Assembly: GCA_040390725.1 (NCBI GenBank)
Contig: JAZJXT010000005.1
Location: forward strand, 13,301 to 77,300
Source of the DNA: Patescibacteria group bacterium
GTDB taxonomy: Bacteria; Patescibacteriota; Minisyncoccia; Phycocordibacterales; UBA9973
DNA length: 64,000 nucleotides
Reading direction: 5' to 3'
Part shown: positions 18,201-28,364 of the stretch, piece by piece
Layout of the letters: each line of letters opens with the position of its first letter
Numbering within the stretch: position 1 is the stretch's first letter
Position numbers and translations under genes: made by a program
The notes under the pieces: generated by a model
The model's database searches: none
What the model saw: the letters and a program-made list of their open reading frames with translations, nothing else
Told to the model about the DNA's origin: nothing

Positions 18201-18414
18201 GGCGCTCGAAGGTTATGGTGCTGCTTATGCATTACGAGAAATGCTTACAATAAAGTCTGACGACATAGCAGGTCGTTCGTCGACTTTCGATTCTATTATC
18301 AAAAACGAAACCATCAAGCAACCAAATTCTCCTGCGTCATTTAATGTGATGCTAAATTATTTGCGAGGTCTTGCTATGGACGTAAGTTTGGACAAATCTA
18401 ATAAATCTAATTAA
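15238..18414 (+). CDS. rpoB: DNA-directed RNA polymerase subunit beta
   Basis: GTFIINGVERV, GDKLAGRHGNKG, SRMNLGQ, GGQRFGEMEVWALE. Confidence 0.99.
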   Translation: MHTTTKRPKKVFSRYKKPLIPFPNLIEPQVRSFKWLVEKGIGEVFKEFSPIMDYSGKKFQLEFTSFSLGEAKCDENHAKVNKLSYEGLLKARVKLTNKALGTVKEQEIFMSEMPLMTAHGTFIINGVERVIVPQLARSFGVFFTESESKGKRYFGAKMIPARGVWIEIESESDGAIYVRIDKKRKFPATALLRVMGFSTNEEIMKAFSGTPALEEAIKASLAKDTAKTLSDSYIDIYKRLRDGDMATPDNAKEFINSLFTPERYDLSPVGRFRFNNRFEKSTEEAELARRTISKEDLVTVLKNIIDLNNTPGAKADDIDHLGQRRVRFVGEMLQQKVRTGMMQIKRNIQDRMSTIDTDTAMPIQIINQRPLQARIKEFFTTNQLSQFMAQENVLYEMEHLRTLSALGPGGLTRERAGLEVRDVHPSHYGRVCPIHTPEGPNIGLILHMATYAKINDFGIIETPYIKVKNGKITAEIQYLNALEEEKYNIAHAGVAYDEDGKITEAKVAARVKTQPGMIAREEVDFIDVATNQAFSIATSMVPFLEHNDANRALMGSNMQKQAVPCVLPEAALVATGIEELASRDSGRLVISEEEGTVSYVDAKKITVKGKSEKDKTYNLVSFLRNNNFSAFHQRPAVNVGDKVKKGEVLADTSSTVDGQIALGQNIFVAFLSWSGSNYEDAIIVSERLVKKSKFTSIYVEEFICVVRDTKLGPEITTRDIPNVGELKLKDLDEDGIVRVGAEVRENDILVGKITPKGETELTPEERLLRSIFAEKARDVKDASLRMEYGKRGRIIGVKIFSRDLGHSLEAGIIKKIVIEVAQIRNISVGDKLAGRHGNKGVISTILPEEDMPYMADGTPIDIILSPLGVPSRMNLGQILEMHLGMAANTLGYQAIVPPFLSATNEEIKEELVKAGLPENGKVKLFDGRTGDSFEQDIAVGYMYMLKLHHMVEDKIHMRSIGPYSLITQQPLGGKAQGGGQRFGEMEVWALEGYGAAYALREMLTIKSDDIAGRSSTFDSIIKNETIKQPNSPASFNVMLNYLRGLAMDVSLDKSNKSN

Positions 18415-18433
18415 TAAATAATATAAAAAAATT

Positions 18434-21400
18434 ATGAAAACATTAAACACAACTGATTTTGATCAAATTACGCTCAAGCTCGCATCACCTGAGCAAATAA
18501 AAGAATGGTCTTATGGAGAAATCACCAAGCCTGAAACGATAAACTATCGTACGGGTCGCAGTGAACGCGGAGGTCTTTTCGACGAGAAAATATTCGGTCC
18601 GGAAAAAGATTATGAATGTTATTGTGGAAAATATCGCCGAATTCGTTATAAAGATATCATCTGTGAGAAATGCGGAGTCGAAGTGACACGCAGTATTGTT
18701 CGCCGTGAGAGAATGGGGCATATAGAACTCGCTACACCAGTAGCGCATATTTGGTTCTTGCGTGGAGTACCTTCACGAATGAGCATTTTGTTGAATATTT
18801 CTGTTTCTGATTTGGAAAAGGTAATTTACTTTGCCGGATATATCGTGACAAAAGTGCACGAAGAAGAAAAAGAAGATATTTTGCAAAATTTGGACAAAGA
18901 ATACAAAGCCAAAGTAAAAAATGCCGCTGACGAAGACACTCGAGAGAAATTAAAAAATCTTTTGACAACTACCAAAAAAGAAATCGGTGAAATATACGAA
19001 GGAAAAGTTTTGAATGAAATTTCTTTTCATCATTATTCTTTGAAGTATGGAACTTGTTTTGAAGCAAATATCGGAGCAGAAGCTATTTATTCGATTTTCA
19101 AAAATTTGGATTTGAATAAATTAAAAATGCATACCGAAGCGATGCTCGAAAAAGCAAGCACTGCGGAAAAAGAAAAAATGCAAAAAAGACTTTCTCTTAT
19201 TCGCGCTATGATGTATTCGAAAGTCCGCCCAGAATGGATGTTTTTGACTGTTATCCCTGTTATACCACCAGTTCTGCGCCCGATGGTTGCCCTTGATGGA
19301 GGACGTCATGCGACATCTGATTTGAATGATCTTTATCGCCGAGTTATAAACAGAAATAATCGTTTGAGAAAATTGAAAGAAATAAATGCTCCGGATGTTA
19401 TTCTAAGAAACGAAAAAAGAATAATTCAAGAAGCAGTGGATGCTTTGATAGATAACTCTATCGCAAAACAAAATGATACAGTCGCGATGAGTCAATCACA
19501 AAAAAGAGCATTGAAATCTTTGTCTGATAACTTGAAATCAAAACAAGGTTTATTCCGTCAGAACTTGCTCGGTAAGCGTGTGGACTATTCCGGACGTTCT
19601 GTTATCGTCGTCGGTCCTCAGCTCAAGCTTAATCAATGTGGATTGCCTAAACACATGGCATTGGAGCTTTTCAAACCTTTCGTAATTTCTAAAATTTTAT
19701 TGGCAGAACTTGCATTCAATATTCGCGGAGCAAACAAGCTCATCGAAGAAAGAACTCCAGAAGTCTGGGCCATGCTCGAAGAAGTTATTTTAGGAAAATA
19801 CGTTCTTCTGAACCGTGCGCCGACTTTGCACCGTTTAGGTATCCAAGCTTTTAATCCTATCCTAATCGAAGGAAATGCTATCCAAGTGCACCCTCTTGTT
19901 TGTCAGGCTTTCAACGCTGACTTCGACGGTGACCAGATGGCAGTATATGTTCCTCTTTCCGAAGAAGCGCAATGGGAAGCAAAAGAATTGATGGCTGCGA
20001 ATAAAAACTTGTTGAAACCTCAAAATGGTGAACCTATCGCAAACCCTCGTATGGATATGGTGCTTGGAGCTTATTGGATGACGAAAGATGTTGATGGTGA
20101 AATGGGCGAGGGGAAATATTTCTCAAGTCCAAATGCCGCTGTGACCGCATACGAATATGGAGTGGTATCCTTAAGAGCAAAAATAAAAGTTATGGCTACA
20201 GACACTGTTAAGTACAAGAAATTTAATCAACAACTTTTTGATACTTCTGTCGGACGCCTTCTCTTTAATAGCATTTTGCCGAATGATTTTATTTACATCA
20301 ATGACGAGATAACTCAAAAGAGAGTCTCTTCTTTGGTTGATGAACTTATCATGCAATACGGCATAGATCAGACTCCACGCATTCTCGATAAAATAAAAGA
20401 ATTCGGATTCAAATATTCTACAATTTCAGGAACAACTTGGGGATTAGACAATGTGAAGGTTCCCGTAGAAAAACCTAAAATTATTGCAGAGGGTAAAAAA
20501 TTAGAAGAAGAAGTAATTTCTCAATGGCAGGACGGTCTTCTTTCTGATGAAGAAAAATATCAAAAGATTATTGAAATATGGACGCATGCAAAAAAGGAAT
20601 TAGAAAAAGTTTTGCCTCAAACTCTCGACAAAAATGGTTCTACTTATGACTTGTTCACTTCTGGTGCCAGAGGAAACATGACATCTTTGTCTCAGATGAC
20701 AGGAATGAAGGGTCTTATTCAAAACAACCAAGGACGCACTGTGGAATTCCCGATTATTCCTTCTTATCAAGAAGGGCTTTCTCCTATCGAATATTTCGTG
20801 ACGACTCACGGTGCCCGAAAAGGTGCATCGGATACTGCTCTTAACACTGCAAAGGCTGGATATTTGACTCGTAGATTGGTGGACGTTGCTCAGGATGTGG
20901 TGATCACCGAAGAAGATTGCGGAACAAAAGAAGGTAAAATTGTTATGAAGGAAAATATTTCCGGTATTGAAATTGCTTTCTCAAAAAATCTTCGAGGGCG
21001 CGTACTAGCAGGTGACTTGAAAGACAAAGATGGCAAGACGGCTTATCATAAAGGATTTTTGATTACCAAAGAAGAAGCGCAAGTTATTGAAAAGGCAGGA
21101 TACACAGAAGCATTCGTGCGTTCTCCACTTACTTGTAAAACAGTTCACGGTCTTTGTCAGATGTGTTACGGTCTCGACCTTGGAAGAAATCACTTGGTGA
21201 ATTTGGGTGAAGCAGTCGGTATCATCGCTGCGCAAGCTATCGGTGAGCCTGGTACACAGCTGACACTTCGAACATTCCACGCCGGAGGTGTCGCGGGTGT
21301 GGACATCACGACAGGTTTACCTCGTATTGAAGAAATTTTTGAAAGAAGAATTCCAAAAAATCCTGCAGTAGTTTCAGAGACTGATGGTGAAGTTATCGAA

Positions 21401-22036
21401 GTAAAAGATAAAGATGGAAAAGAAAAAATAATTAAAGTTCTTTCTGATTCGAAACTTGATGGAAAAGACAATGAAATAGAATACATCGCTCCATATCGCA
21501 GAATGCCATTGGTAAAAGCAGGGGATACTGTAAAGAAAGGTGAACTTCTTACTGACGGTTCCGCAGATATTGCAGAAATATTTAAATTCGGAAGCAAAGA
21601 ACAAGCTGAAGAATATATTATCCGAGAAATAAATAAAGTTTACGAACTTCAGAGTGCTTCTATTTCCAGAAAGCACACGGAAATAATCATTCGTCAGATG
21701 TTCTCACGAAGAAAAATAAAAGACGCGGGTGAGACTAATTTCTCAGCGGGAGACATCGTTGAAAATACAGCTTTAATCGAAGAAAATATTAGAGTTAGTA
21801 AAATAGAGGGCAAGGAAGCAAAAGCGGAAATTATCGCGCTCGGTATTACTGAAGTTTCCCTACGTACAAAGAGCTGGTTGTCTGCGGCTTCATTCCAAAA
21901 CACTAACCGCGTCCTTATTGAAAATGCTATCAAGGGCGGAGTTGATTCGCTTCGAGGACTAAAAGAAAATGTAATTATCGGAAGATTGATTCCAGTAGGA
22001 ACAGGCTTTAATAAAAATAAAGCAGTAGTAGAATAA
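18434..22036 (+). CDS. rpoC: DNA-directed RNA polymerase subunit beta'
   Basis: NADFDGD catalytic motif, Zn-binding ECYCGKY, GEPGTQLTLRTFH. Confidence 0.99.
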   Translation: MKTLNTTDFDQITLKLASPEQIKEWSYGEITKPETINYRTGRSERGGLFDEKIFGPEKDYECYCGKYRRIRYKDIICEKCGVEVTRSIVRRERMGHIELATPVAHIWFLRGVPSRMSILLNISVSDLEKVIYFAGYIVTKVHEEEKEDILQNLDKEYKAKVKNAADEDTREKLKNLLTTTKKEIGEIYEGKVLNEISFHHYSLKYGTCFEANIGAEAIYSIFKNLDLNKLKMHTEAMLEKASTAEKEKMQKRLSLIRAMMYSKVRPEWMFLTVIPVIPPVLRPMVALDGGRHATSDLNDLYRRVINRNNRLRKLKEINAPDVILRNEKRIIQEAVDALIDNSIAKQNDTVAMSQSQKRALKSLSDNLKSKQGLFRQNLLGKRVDYSGRSVIVVGPQLKLNQCGLPKHMALELFKPFVISKILLAELAFNIRGANKLIEERTPEVWAMLEEVILGKYVLLNRAPTLHRLGIQAFNPILIEGNAIQVHPLVCQAFNADFDGDQMAVYVPLSEEAQWEAKELMAANKNLLKPQNGEPIANPRMDMVLGAYWMTKDVDGEMGEGKYFSSPNAAVTAYEYGVVSLRAKIKVMATDTVKYKKFNQQLFDTSVGRLLFNSILPNDFIYINDEITQKRVSSLVDELIMQYGIDQTPRILDKIKEFGFKYSTISGTTWGLDNVKVPVEKPKIIAEGKKLEEEVISQWQDGLLSDEEKYQKIIEIWTHAKKELEKVLPQTLDKNGSTYDLFTSGARGNMTSLSQMTGMKGLIQNNQGRTVEFPIIPSYQEGLSPIEYFVTTHGARKGASDTALNTAKAGYLTRRLVDVAQDVVITEEDCGTKEGKIVMKENISGIEIAFSKNLRGRVLAGDLKDKDGKTAYHKGFLITKEEAQVIEKAGYTEAFVRSPLTCKTVHGLCQMCYGLDLGRNHLVNLGEAVGIIAAQAIGEPGTQLTLRTFHAGGVAGVDITTGLPRIEEIFERRIPKNPAVVSETDGEVIEVKDKDGKEKIIKVLSDSKLDGKDNEIEYIAPYRRMPLVKAGDTVKKGELLTDGSADIAEIFKFGSKEQAEEYIIREINKVYELQSASISRKHTEIIIRQMFSRRKIKDAGETNFSAGDIVENTALIEENIRVSKIEGKEAKAEIIALGITEVSLRTKSWLSAASFQNTNRVLIENAIKGGVDSLRGLKENVIIGRLIPVGTGFNKNKAVVE

Positions 22037-22041
22037 AAAAT

Positions 22042-23778
22042 ATGATGAACTCTCCTGTTCAAAAAATAAAGGAGAGACTTTCAATCGAAGACATAGTCTC
22101 TTCTTACATAAAATTGGAGAAGTCGGGCGCAAATTTTAAAGCCCGATGTCCTTTTCACAATGAAAAGACGGCTTCATTTTATGTTTCGCCTGATCGGGGG
22201 AGTTACTATTGTTTTGGCTGTTCTGCCAAGGGAGATATTTTTACCTTCATTGAAGAATTCGAAGGGCTTGATTTTAAGGGCGCGCTGAAGCTTCTCGCAG
22301 AGCGTGCCGGCGTGCCTTTGGAGTCATACAACAAAGAAGAAGAAAGTGAGAAAGAAAAATTGTATCGCGTGATGGAAGAGTCCACAAAGTATTTTTCAAA
22401 AAATCTTTTAGAAAATAAAGATAATAAAAATATTTTGGAGTACTTGAAAAACAGGGGATTGAAAGATGAAAGTATAAAAGATTTCAGAATTGGTTTTGCG
22501 AAAAATGATTGGCGTGAGCTTTATAATTATTTGAAAAATAAAAATTTTTCTGATAAAGATATTGAGCTTGCTGGTCTTGCAAAACATCCTGATGATAAAA
22601 CAAAAGCAATGTATGATAGATTTCGTGGAAGAATTATGTTTCCGATTTCTGATTCCAGCGGGAGGGTGATAGCTTTTTCCGGAAGAATTTTTGAGTATGA
22701 TGGTAAGTCAGCAAAATATTTAAACAGTCCTGACACACCGATATTCAGCAAGTCTTATGTTCTTTACGGGCTCGACAAAGCTAAAGATTCTATTCGCAAG
22801 AATAATTTTTCCATTTTAGTTGAAGGACAGATGGATTTGGTTCTTTCGCATCAAGCAGGATTTCGAAATACCGTAGCGTCTTCGGGGACAGCTCTTTCGG
22901 ATTCGGAAGTTTCCAAAGAAAATGCAGTTTCAAATTTGGGATTGGTTCGCAGACTTTCGGACAATATTGTACTGGCATTTGATGCCGACAAAGCAGGGCT
23001 TTCGGCCGCAGGTAGGGCCGGTAAAATAGCATTATCGCTCGGTATGGATGTGAAGTCCGCTTCGATGCCTGAAGGCGTAGATCCGGCAGATTTGATAGTA
23101 AAAGAAGGTCCGGAAGCATGGAGGGTAGCCATTAGAAATTCAAAACATATTATAGAGTTTTTACTGGATAAAGTATTAAAAAGTTCCGGAGAAGATATGC
23201 GTAAAGCGGGTAGAGAAATAAAAGATAAAATTTTGCCTTATGTGGCTTCATTGGAAAGTTCAATAGAGCAAATGCATTTTATAAAAAAAATAAGTGATAG
23301 TTCTCAAATTCCCGAGCAAGCACTGAGAGATGATTTGAAAAAAGTTGAACAAGAGTTAAAATTTGATAAAAAAGTAATAGAAGAAATGAAAGAATCCGAG
23401 AGTAAGATTTTCAGAAAAGATTACATAGAACGCAGACTTTTAGGAATAGCATTTTGGCAAAAGTCATTGACGGATCCTGTGGTAGATTATGAAAATATTT
23501 TTAAAAAGTTGGAAAAAAGTTTGGTAAAATATGAAAATACAAAAGAAGATTTAGTTTATGAAGCAGAAGTTTTTTATACAAATAATCAGAATTTATTGAA
23601 AGATACCGAAGAAATGCTAATTGGTTTTGAAGAAGAAAACTTAAACGAAGAATTGGCGAAAAAAATGAGAGAATTAGGTCAGGTTAAAGATAAAGAAAAA
23701 GAAATACAGATTTTAAATGAAATAAATGAAATAAATAAGAAAAAAGAAAGTATTAAAAACAGTCGCATTAAAAAATAA
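22042..23778 (+). CDS. dnaG: DNA primase
   Basis: [11 protein letters not shown]...CFGC zinc finger, [26 protein letters not shown]. Confidence 0.97.
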   Translation: MMNSPVQKIKERLSIEDIVSSYIKLEKSGANFKARCPFHNEKTASFYVSPDRGSYYCFGCSAKGDIFTFIEEFEGLDFKGALKLLAERAGVPLESYNKEEESEKEKLYRVMEESTKYFSKNLLENKDNKNILEYLKNRGLKDESIKDFRIGFAKNDWRELYNYLKNKNFSDKDIELAGLAKHPDDKTKAMYDRFRGRIMFPISDSSGRVIAFSGRIFEYDGKSAKYLNSPDTPIFSKSYVLYGLDKAKDSIRKNNFSILVEGQMDLVLSHQAGFRNTVASSGTALSDSEVSKENAVSNLGLVRRLSDNIVLAFDADKAGLSAAGRAGKIALSLGMDVKSASMPEGVDPADLIVKEGPEAWRVAIRNSKHIIEFLLDKVLKSSGEDMRKAGREIKDKILPYVASLESSIEQMHFIKKISDSSQIPEQALRDDLKKVEQELKFDKKVIEEMKESESKIFRKDYIERRLLGIAFWQKSLTDPVVDYENIFKKLEKSLVKYENTKEDLVYEAEVFYTNNQNLLKDTEEMLIGFEEENLNEELAKKMRELGQVKDKEKEIQILNEINEINKKKESIKNSRIKK

Positions 23779-23788
23779 AAATAAATTT

Positions 23789-25039
23789 ATGAAAAAAACA
23801 AAAGTAAAAACAAAAATAAAGAAAATTATAAAGAAAGTAAAAAAATCTCAACCAAAGAAAGTAGCTAAAAAGAAAGTTATAACAAAAATAAAGAAAGTTA
23901 CAAAGAAAGTAGTTAAGCCAAAAAAGGTAGTTGTCAAAAAGGAAGTTGCGAAGAAAATGACAGTAGCGGAGAAAAAGGCTGATGATTTAAAGAAGCTTTC
24001 CAATGCTTTGATAGAAAAAGGGCGCAAGAGAGGGTTTATTACTTATGATGAGATTTTAAAAACTTTCCCGGATATTGAAAATAATATTTTATTTTTAGAT
24101 GAGCTATATGAGCAGTTTTCTGTAGCGGGTATTGATGTGCTTGAAGGTGGGAATTTGCTCAATTTGGACGCAGACCTTACTGATGCGAATTTGAATAAAT
24201 CAACCATGCATGATTCTATTCAAATGTATCTAAAAGAGATCGGTCAGTATTCCTTGATCCATGCCAGTGATGAAAAAGATTTAGCGAAAAGAATCGAGCA
24301 GGGTGATGAAGAGGCGAAGAACTTGCTCGCTCGTGCGAACTTGCGTTTAGTTGTTTCTATTGCTAAAAAATATGTGGGACGAAGTGCTGACCTGACATTG
24401 CTTGATTTGATTCAAGAAGGGAATCTTGGCTTGTTTAAAGCTGTGGAAAAATTTGACTGGACAAAAGGTTATAAATTCTCAACTTATGCTACTTGGTGGA
24501 TTCGTCAGTCCATCACTCGTGCACTCGCCGATCAAAGCCGAACTATTCGTATTCCGGTGCACATGGTAGAAACTATTTCCAAATACAAACAAACTCACCG
24601 CCGACTTTCACAAGACTTGGGCCGTGAGCCTTTGGCGGAAGAGATAGCTACTGAGATGGGTTTGCCTGTAGAAAAAATTCACGTAATAGAAAATATTTCT
24701 CAAGAAACTATTTCTTTGGAACAACCAGTAGGAGATGACGACGATAAATCAACTTTGGAAAACTTTATTCCCGATGACAAAATTTTACGCCCTGATCAAG
24801 AATCTTCTCGCAGAATTCTTTCCGATCAAATTCGCGAAGTTCTCGATGAGTTGAATCCAAAAGAGAAAAAAATTCTTGAAATGCGTTATGGCTTGATGGA
24901 TGGAATTCAACACACACTCGAGCGAGTGGGGGAAGAGTTCGGTGTTACTCGTGAACGTATTCGTCAAATTGAAGCAAAAGTCCACGACAAACTCCGCCAG
25001 CATGATAAAATTTCGCGCCTAAAACACTACTTTGACTAA
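23789..25039 (+). CDS. rpoD: Primary sigma factor with Lys-rich N-terminal extension
   Basis: [45 protein letters not shown]. Confidence 0.96.
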   Translation: MKKTKVKTKIKKIIKKVKKSQPKKVAKKKVITKIKKVTKKVVKPKKVVVKKEVAKKMTVAEKKADDLKKLSNALIEKGRKRGFITYDEILKTFPDIENNILFLDELYEQFSVAGIDVLEGGNLLNLDADLTDANLNKSTMHDSIQMYLKEIGQYSLIHASDEKDLAKRIEQGDEEAKNLLARANLRLVVSIAKKYVGRSADLTLLDLIQEGNLGLFKAVEKFDWTKGYKFSTYATWWIRQSITRALADQSRTIRIPVHMVETISKYKQTHRRLSQDLGREPLAEEIATEMGLPVEKIHVIENISQETISLEQPVGDDDDKSTLENFIPDDKILRPDQESSRRILSDQIREVLDELNPKEKKILEMRYGLMDGIQHTLERVGEEFGVTRERIRQIEAKVHDKLRQHDKISRLKHYFD

Positions 25040-25076
25040 AATTAAAAACCCCACACAGTGTGGGGTTTTTAATTTT
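25038..25076. terminator. Bidirectional intrinsic terminator
   Basis: AAAATTAAAAACCCCACAC-A-GTGTGGGGTTTTTAATTTT between convergent genes. Confidence 0.85.
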
Positions 25077-25792
25077 TATTTCAAAGCCTTCTCGATTTTA
25101 TCCATTACCATTGCGGATGGTTCGGCGCCATCTATAGTGTCTACTAGTTTTCCATCTTTTAAGATAAATGCTTTTGGTGTGCCTCGTACTCCTGCGTTTC
25201 CTCCTTCTTCTGTAGAGTCTGCTATTGTCTTGGCATATTTTTCAGAATCGAGACATTTATCGAAATCATTTTGATTCAATCCGAGTTCTTTTGCAAAAGA
25301 TTTTAAATATGGATTCGCAAAGCTACCTTTGTTTTCGCCATTTTGGTGAGTGAAAAGATAATCATGATATTCCCAGAATTTTCCTTGATCATTTGCGCAC
25401 AATGCAGCTTCTCCGGCCTTGGTCGATTCTTCACCAAGGAAGGCAAAATCTCGGTAGATAAAATTTACACTACCATTTTTTACATACTTATTTCTCAAAT
25501 CAGTTTCTGCTTCTCGGAAAAATTTTCCACAGAAGGGACATTGAAAATCTTCATAAGCGATCATGGTAATTTTTGCATTTTTATTTCCAAGCATTCTGTC
25601 CTCTGTTGAAACTGGTTTGAGTTCTTCGTGATTAACTTGAATCTTGTTATTTGAAATATCTTCCATTGGTGTTTTTATGGAACCTTTTATTAGTATTGCT
25701 CCGGCGATCAAAGCCCCGGCAATAACTATAGCCCAAGCCATATTTAAAGGCTTTTTGTGGTGGTGTTCGTGCTCAATTTTATTTTCTTCCAT
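25076..25792 (-). CDS. DsbA-family thiol:disulfide oxidoreductase
   Basis: N-terminal TM, DFQCPFC, GVRGTP, GAEP. Confidence 0.92.
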   Translation of the reverse strand: MEENKIEHEHHHKKPLNMAWAIVIAGALIAGAILIKGSIKTPMEDISNNKIQVNHEELKPVSTEDRMLGNKNAKITMIAYEDFQCPFCGKFFREAETDLRNKYVKNGSVNFIYRDFAFLGEESTKAGEAALCANDQGKFWEYHDYLFTHQNGENKGSFANPYLKSFAKELGLNQNDFDKCLDSEKYAKTIADSTEEGGNAGVRGTPKAFILKDGKLVDTIDGAEPSAMVMDKIEKALK

Positions 25793-25942
25793 TTAATTTT
25801 TTACGTTAATTTTTAATATGTTAATAACTATTATTGTATCATAATTTATTAGTATGATACAATATAAGAAGGAAGTTGCCTGCCTAAGTCGTTCAGGTGG
25901 GAATATTATTAACAATTATTAATTAATTTTTTATAAAATATT

Positions 25943-26245
25943 ATGTGTGATTCAAAATGTGGAGGAAAGGGTTGTACAATGTCTATGATTGCTAAAGTAT
26001 TAGTAGTCGTCGGAGGTATCAACTGGGGTTTGGTTGGTTTGGGAATGCTTATGGGCAAGATGGAAGCTTGGAACGTAGTTCACATGCTTTTGGGTTCTTG
26101 GCCAATGGTTGAAGGAGTTGTCTATGTTCTTGTTGGTGTCGCAGCTGTGATGAAAATCTTCGGTTGTCACTGTCACAAGTGTATGGGTGGTACTTGCGCT
26201 CCAGATGAAAAGATGGGAGGCATGGGAATGGAAGGAAAGATGTAA
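25943..26245 (+). CDS. DUF378 family small membrane protein
   Basis: LVVVGGINWGLVG...VYVLVGVAA. Confidence 0.85.
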   Translation: MCDSKCGGKGCTMSMIAKVLVVVGGINWGLVGLGMLMGKMEAWNVVHMLLGSWPMVEGVVYVLVGVAAVMKIFGCHCHKCMGGTCAPDEKMGGMGMEGKM

Positions 26246-26256
26246 TTTAAGGTTTA

Positions 26257-26288
26257 AAAGAGCCCCCGGCATACGCCGGGGGCTCTTT
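26257..26288 (+). terminator. Intrinsic terminator
   Basis: AAAGAGCCCCCGGC-ATAC-GCCGGGGGCTCTTT. Confidence 0.85.
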
Positions 26289-26315
26289 GCCTTTTAGCCC
26301 TATTTTTGCTATAAT

Positions 26316-27560
26316 GTGGGGATGCATCAAGTTTTTGAGGTAGCTATATATGTGTTCTCTTTTATTGCTGTTTTTGTGCAGATTTTTTTCTTGATCACGT
26401 TTTTTGAGGGCAGGAAAAGCATTCGTCGTATTTTTGCTGAAATTTTAGAATATCCTTCTATTACTGTTATGGTTCCTTGTTATAACGAAGAGTCTACGAT
26501 TGCAGGTACAGTAGAGTCTATATTGGCGCTTGATTATCCTAAAGATAAAATTTTTATAAAGTTAATAGATGACGGTTCTAGTGACGGTACTTTTTCTGCA
26601 ATGCATAAATTTTCTTCTGTTCCAAATTTGGAAATTATAAAAAAAGAAAATGGCGGAAAACATACTGCTCTTAATCTCGGTATAGAAAATTCTTCGAGTG
26701 ATTTCGTGGCTTGTCTCGATGCTGATTCTTCTGTGCATCCGCAAGCTTTAAAAAGAATGATTCCATATTTTTCTGATCCAAAAGTAATGGCCGTTTCACC
26801 GTCGATCATCGTGCGTGAGCCGGATAATATTATCCGCAAGGCTCAAAAAGCTGAATATGATTTATCTGTTTATGTTAAAAAAATGCTTGGACTCATCGGA
26901 GGAATTCATGTTACCCCTGGACCATTTTCAGTATATAGAAGGGAAGTATTTGAGAAAATAGGAATGTATCGAAAGGCTCACAATACAGAGGATATGGAGA
27001 TAGCTTATCGAATGCAAACAAATGGATTAAAAATAGAACAGTGTCACGATGCATTTGCTTATACTTCAGCGCCTAGTTCCGTCTGGAAGCTTTACAAACA
27101 GCGCCTGCGTTGGATTTACGGTTTTATAAACAATACTATAGATTATCGCGATGTTCTTTTTCGTAAAAAATACGGTCACTTTGCTCTGTTTACGTTGCCG
27201 GCGGGAGTCCTCGATATTTTCGCGGTACTGGTTCTTTTTGGTAATTTTTTCTATGTAATAGGTAATTTTATTTATCAGAAAGCTGAGGCTGCCAGTGTCG
27301 TCGGTGTGAATAATTTAGTCTCCGTGCCTTCTCATTTTAGTTTATTTTACATAGGGTCCAAGGCACTGCTTTTCATAATGTGTATTATTTATGCATTGGT
27401 TATTTTTTCAATCTTAATGGGAAGAAAAATGTCTGAAGGCAAGGCTCGCTTTTCTCCATCCATTATTTATTATATTTTTATATACAGTTTAATAGCGCCA
27501 TTTTGGCTTGTAAAAGCTGTAGTTAATACGGCTATATCTAAACAGCCAGCCTGGAAATAA
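26316..27560 (+). CDS. Processive GT2 glycosyltransferase (PgaC/IcaA-like)
   Basis: PCYNEE, DDGSSD, DAD, TED, QRLRW (QxxRW), multiple TM helices. Confidence 0.92.
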   Translation: MGMHQVFEVAIYVFSFIAVFVQIFFLITFFEGRKSIRRIFAEILEYPSITVMVPCYNEESTIAGTVESILALDYPKDKIFIKLIDDGSSDGTFSAMHKFSSVPNLEIIKKENGGKHTALNLGIENSSSDFVACLDADSSVHPQALKRMIPYFSDPKVMAVSPSIIVREPDNIIRKAQKAEYDLSVYVKKMLGLIGGIHVTPGPFSVYRREVFEKIGMYRKAHNTEDMEIAYRMQTNGLKIEQCHDAFAYTSAPSSVWKLYKQRLRWIYGFINNTIDYRDVLFRKKYGHFALFTLPAGVLDIFAVLVLFGNFFYVIGNFIYQKAEAASVVGVNNLVSVPSHFSLFYIGSKALLFIMCIIYALVIFSILMGRKMSEGKARFSPSIIYYIFIYSLIAPFWLVKAVVNTAISKQPAWK

Positions 27561-27564
27561 TTAT

Positions 27565-28248
27565 ATGCAAAAACCCGATTGGAAAAAATATCTTTTAACA
27601 TTTCTTATAACCGCGATTCTTTTCGTGTCTGCTTTTGTTCTTTCCGGATATATTAATTCAAAAAAAATAAATCAGCTAAAAAGTATTCAAGATAAAATTT
27701 CTGTTGATATACTTTCTTCTGAAACTCAATTTTCGCTTCTCTCTGAGCTTTCTTGCAAGAATGTCTCGGATGAAGTTCTTTCCAGCGAATTGGAAGATTT
27801 GGGGCACAAACTAGAATGGGGACAGGATAACTTGGGTAATTCTGATGAGGTCACTTATCTAAAAAAATATTATTCTTTGCTCGAGATAAAAGATTATCTT
27901 TTGATGAAAAAAATATCTTCTCGTTGCGGAGTAAAATCAGCATTTATACTTTATTTTTATACTACCGCTGAAAATTGCAGTGAATGTCAAAAGCAGGGTA
28001 TAGTGCTCTCGACTCTTCGTGAGAAATACCCGGAGCTTCGCGTTTACTCTTTTGATTTTAGTACTGATTTGTCGGCCGTGAAAGCAATGTTGAACATTTA
28101 TAAAATACAAGATACCAAGCTCCCTGCGTTGGTTATAGATGATGATGTATTTACTGGTTTCCAGACCATGGACAGCGTAGAGGCGCGCATAAAAGAATCT
28201 TTCAAGCTTCAAGAGCCGTCCAAAAAAGTTTCTAATGCAAAAAAATAA
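27565..28248 (+). CDS. Membrane-anchored protein with C-terminal thioredoxin-like CxxC domain
   Basis: N-terminal TM; LYFY...CSECQKQG...LPALVID; starts 4 bp after the GT2 gene. Confidence 0.7.
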   Translation: MQKPDWKKYLLTFLITAILFVSAFVLSGYINSKKINQLKSIQDKISVDILSSETQFSLLSELSCKNVSDEVLSSELEDLGHKLEWGQDNLGNSDEVTYLKKYYSLLEIKDYLLMKKISSRCGVKSAFILYFYTTAENCSECQKQGIVLSTLREKYPELRVYSFDFSTDLSAVKAMLNIYKIQDTKLPALVIDDDVFTGFQTMDSVEARIKESFKLQEPSKKVSNAKK

Positions 28249-28251
28249 AAT

Positions 28252-28285
28252 AACAAAAGACATCCAGAAATGGGTGTCTTTTGTT
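28252..28285 (+). terminator. Intrinsic terminator
   Basis: AACAAAAGACATCCA-GAAA-TGGGTGTCTTTTGTT. Confidence 0.8.
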
Positions 28286-28300
28286 TGTGGAAAATTGCCC

Positions 28301-28328
28301 TTGACTTTTACTGGGGGGGGGCTATACT
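28301..28328 (+). promoter_or_regulatory. Sigma70 promoter with G9 tract in the spacer
   Basis: TTGACT-TTTACT-G9-C-TATACT (16-bp spacer). Confidence 0.75.
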
Positions 28329-28364
28329 TTATGTATTAATAATTAACTTTTTGAATATAATAAT

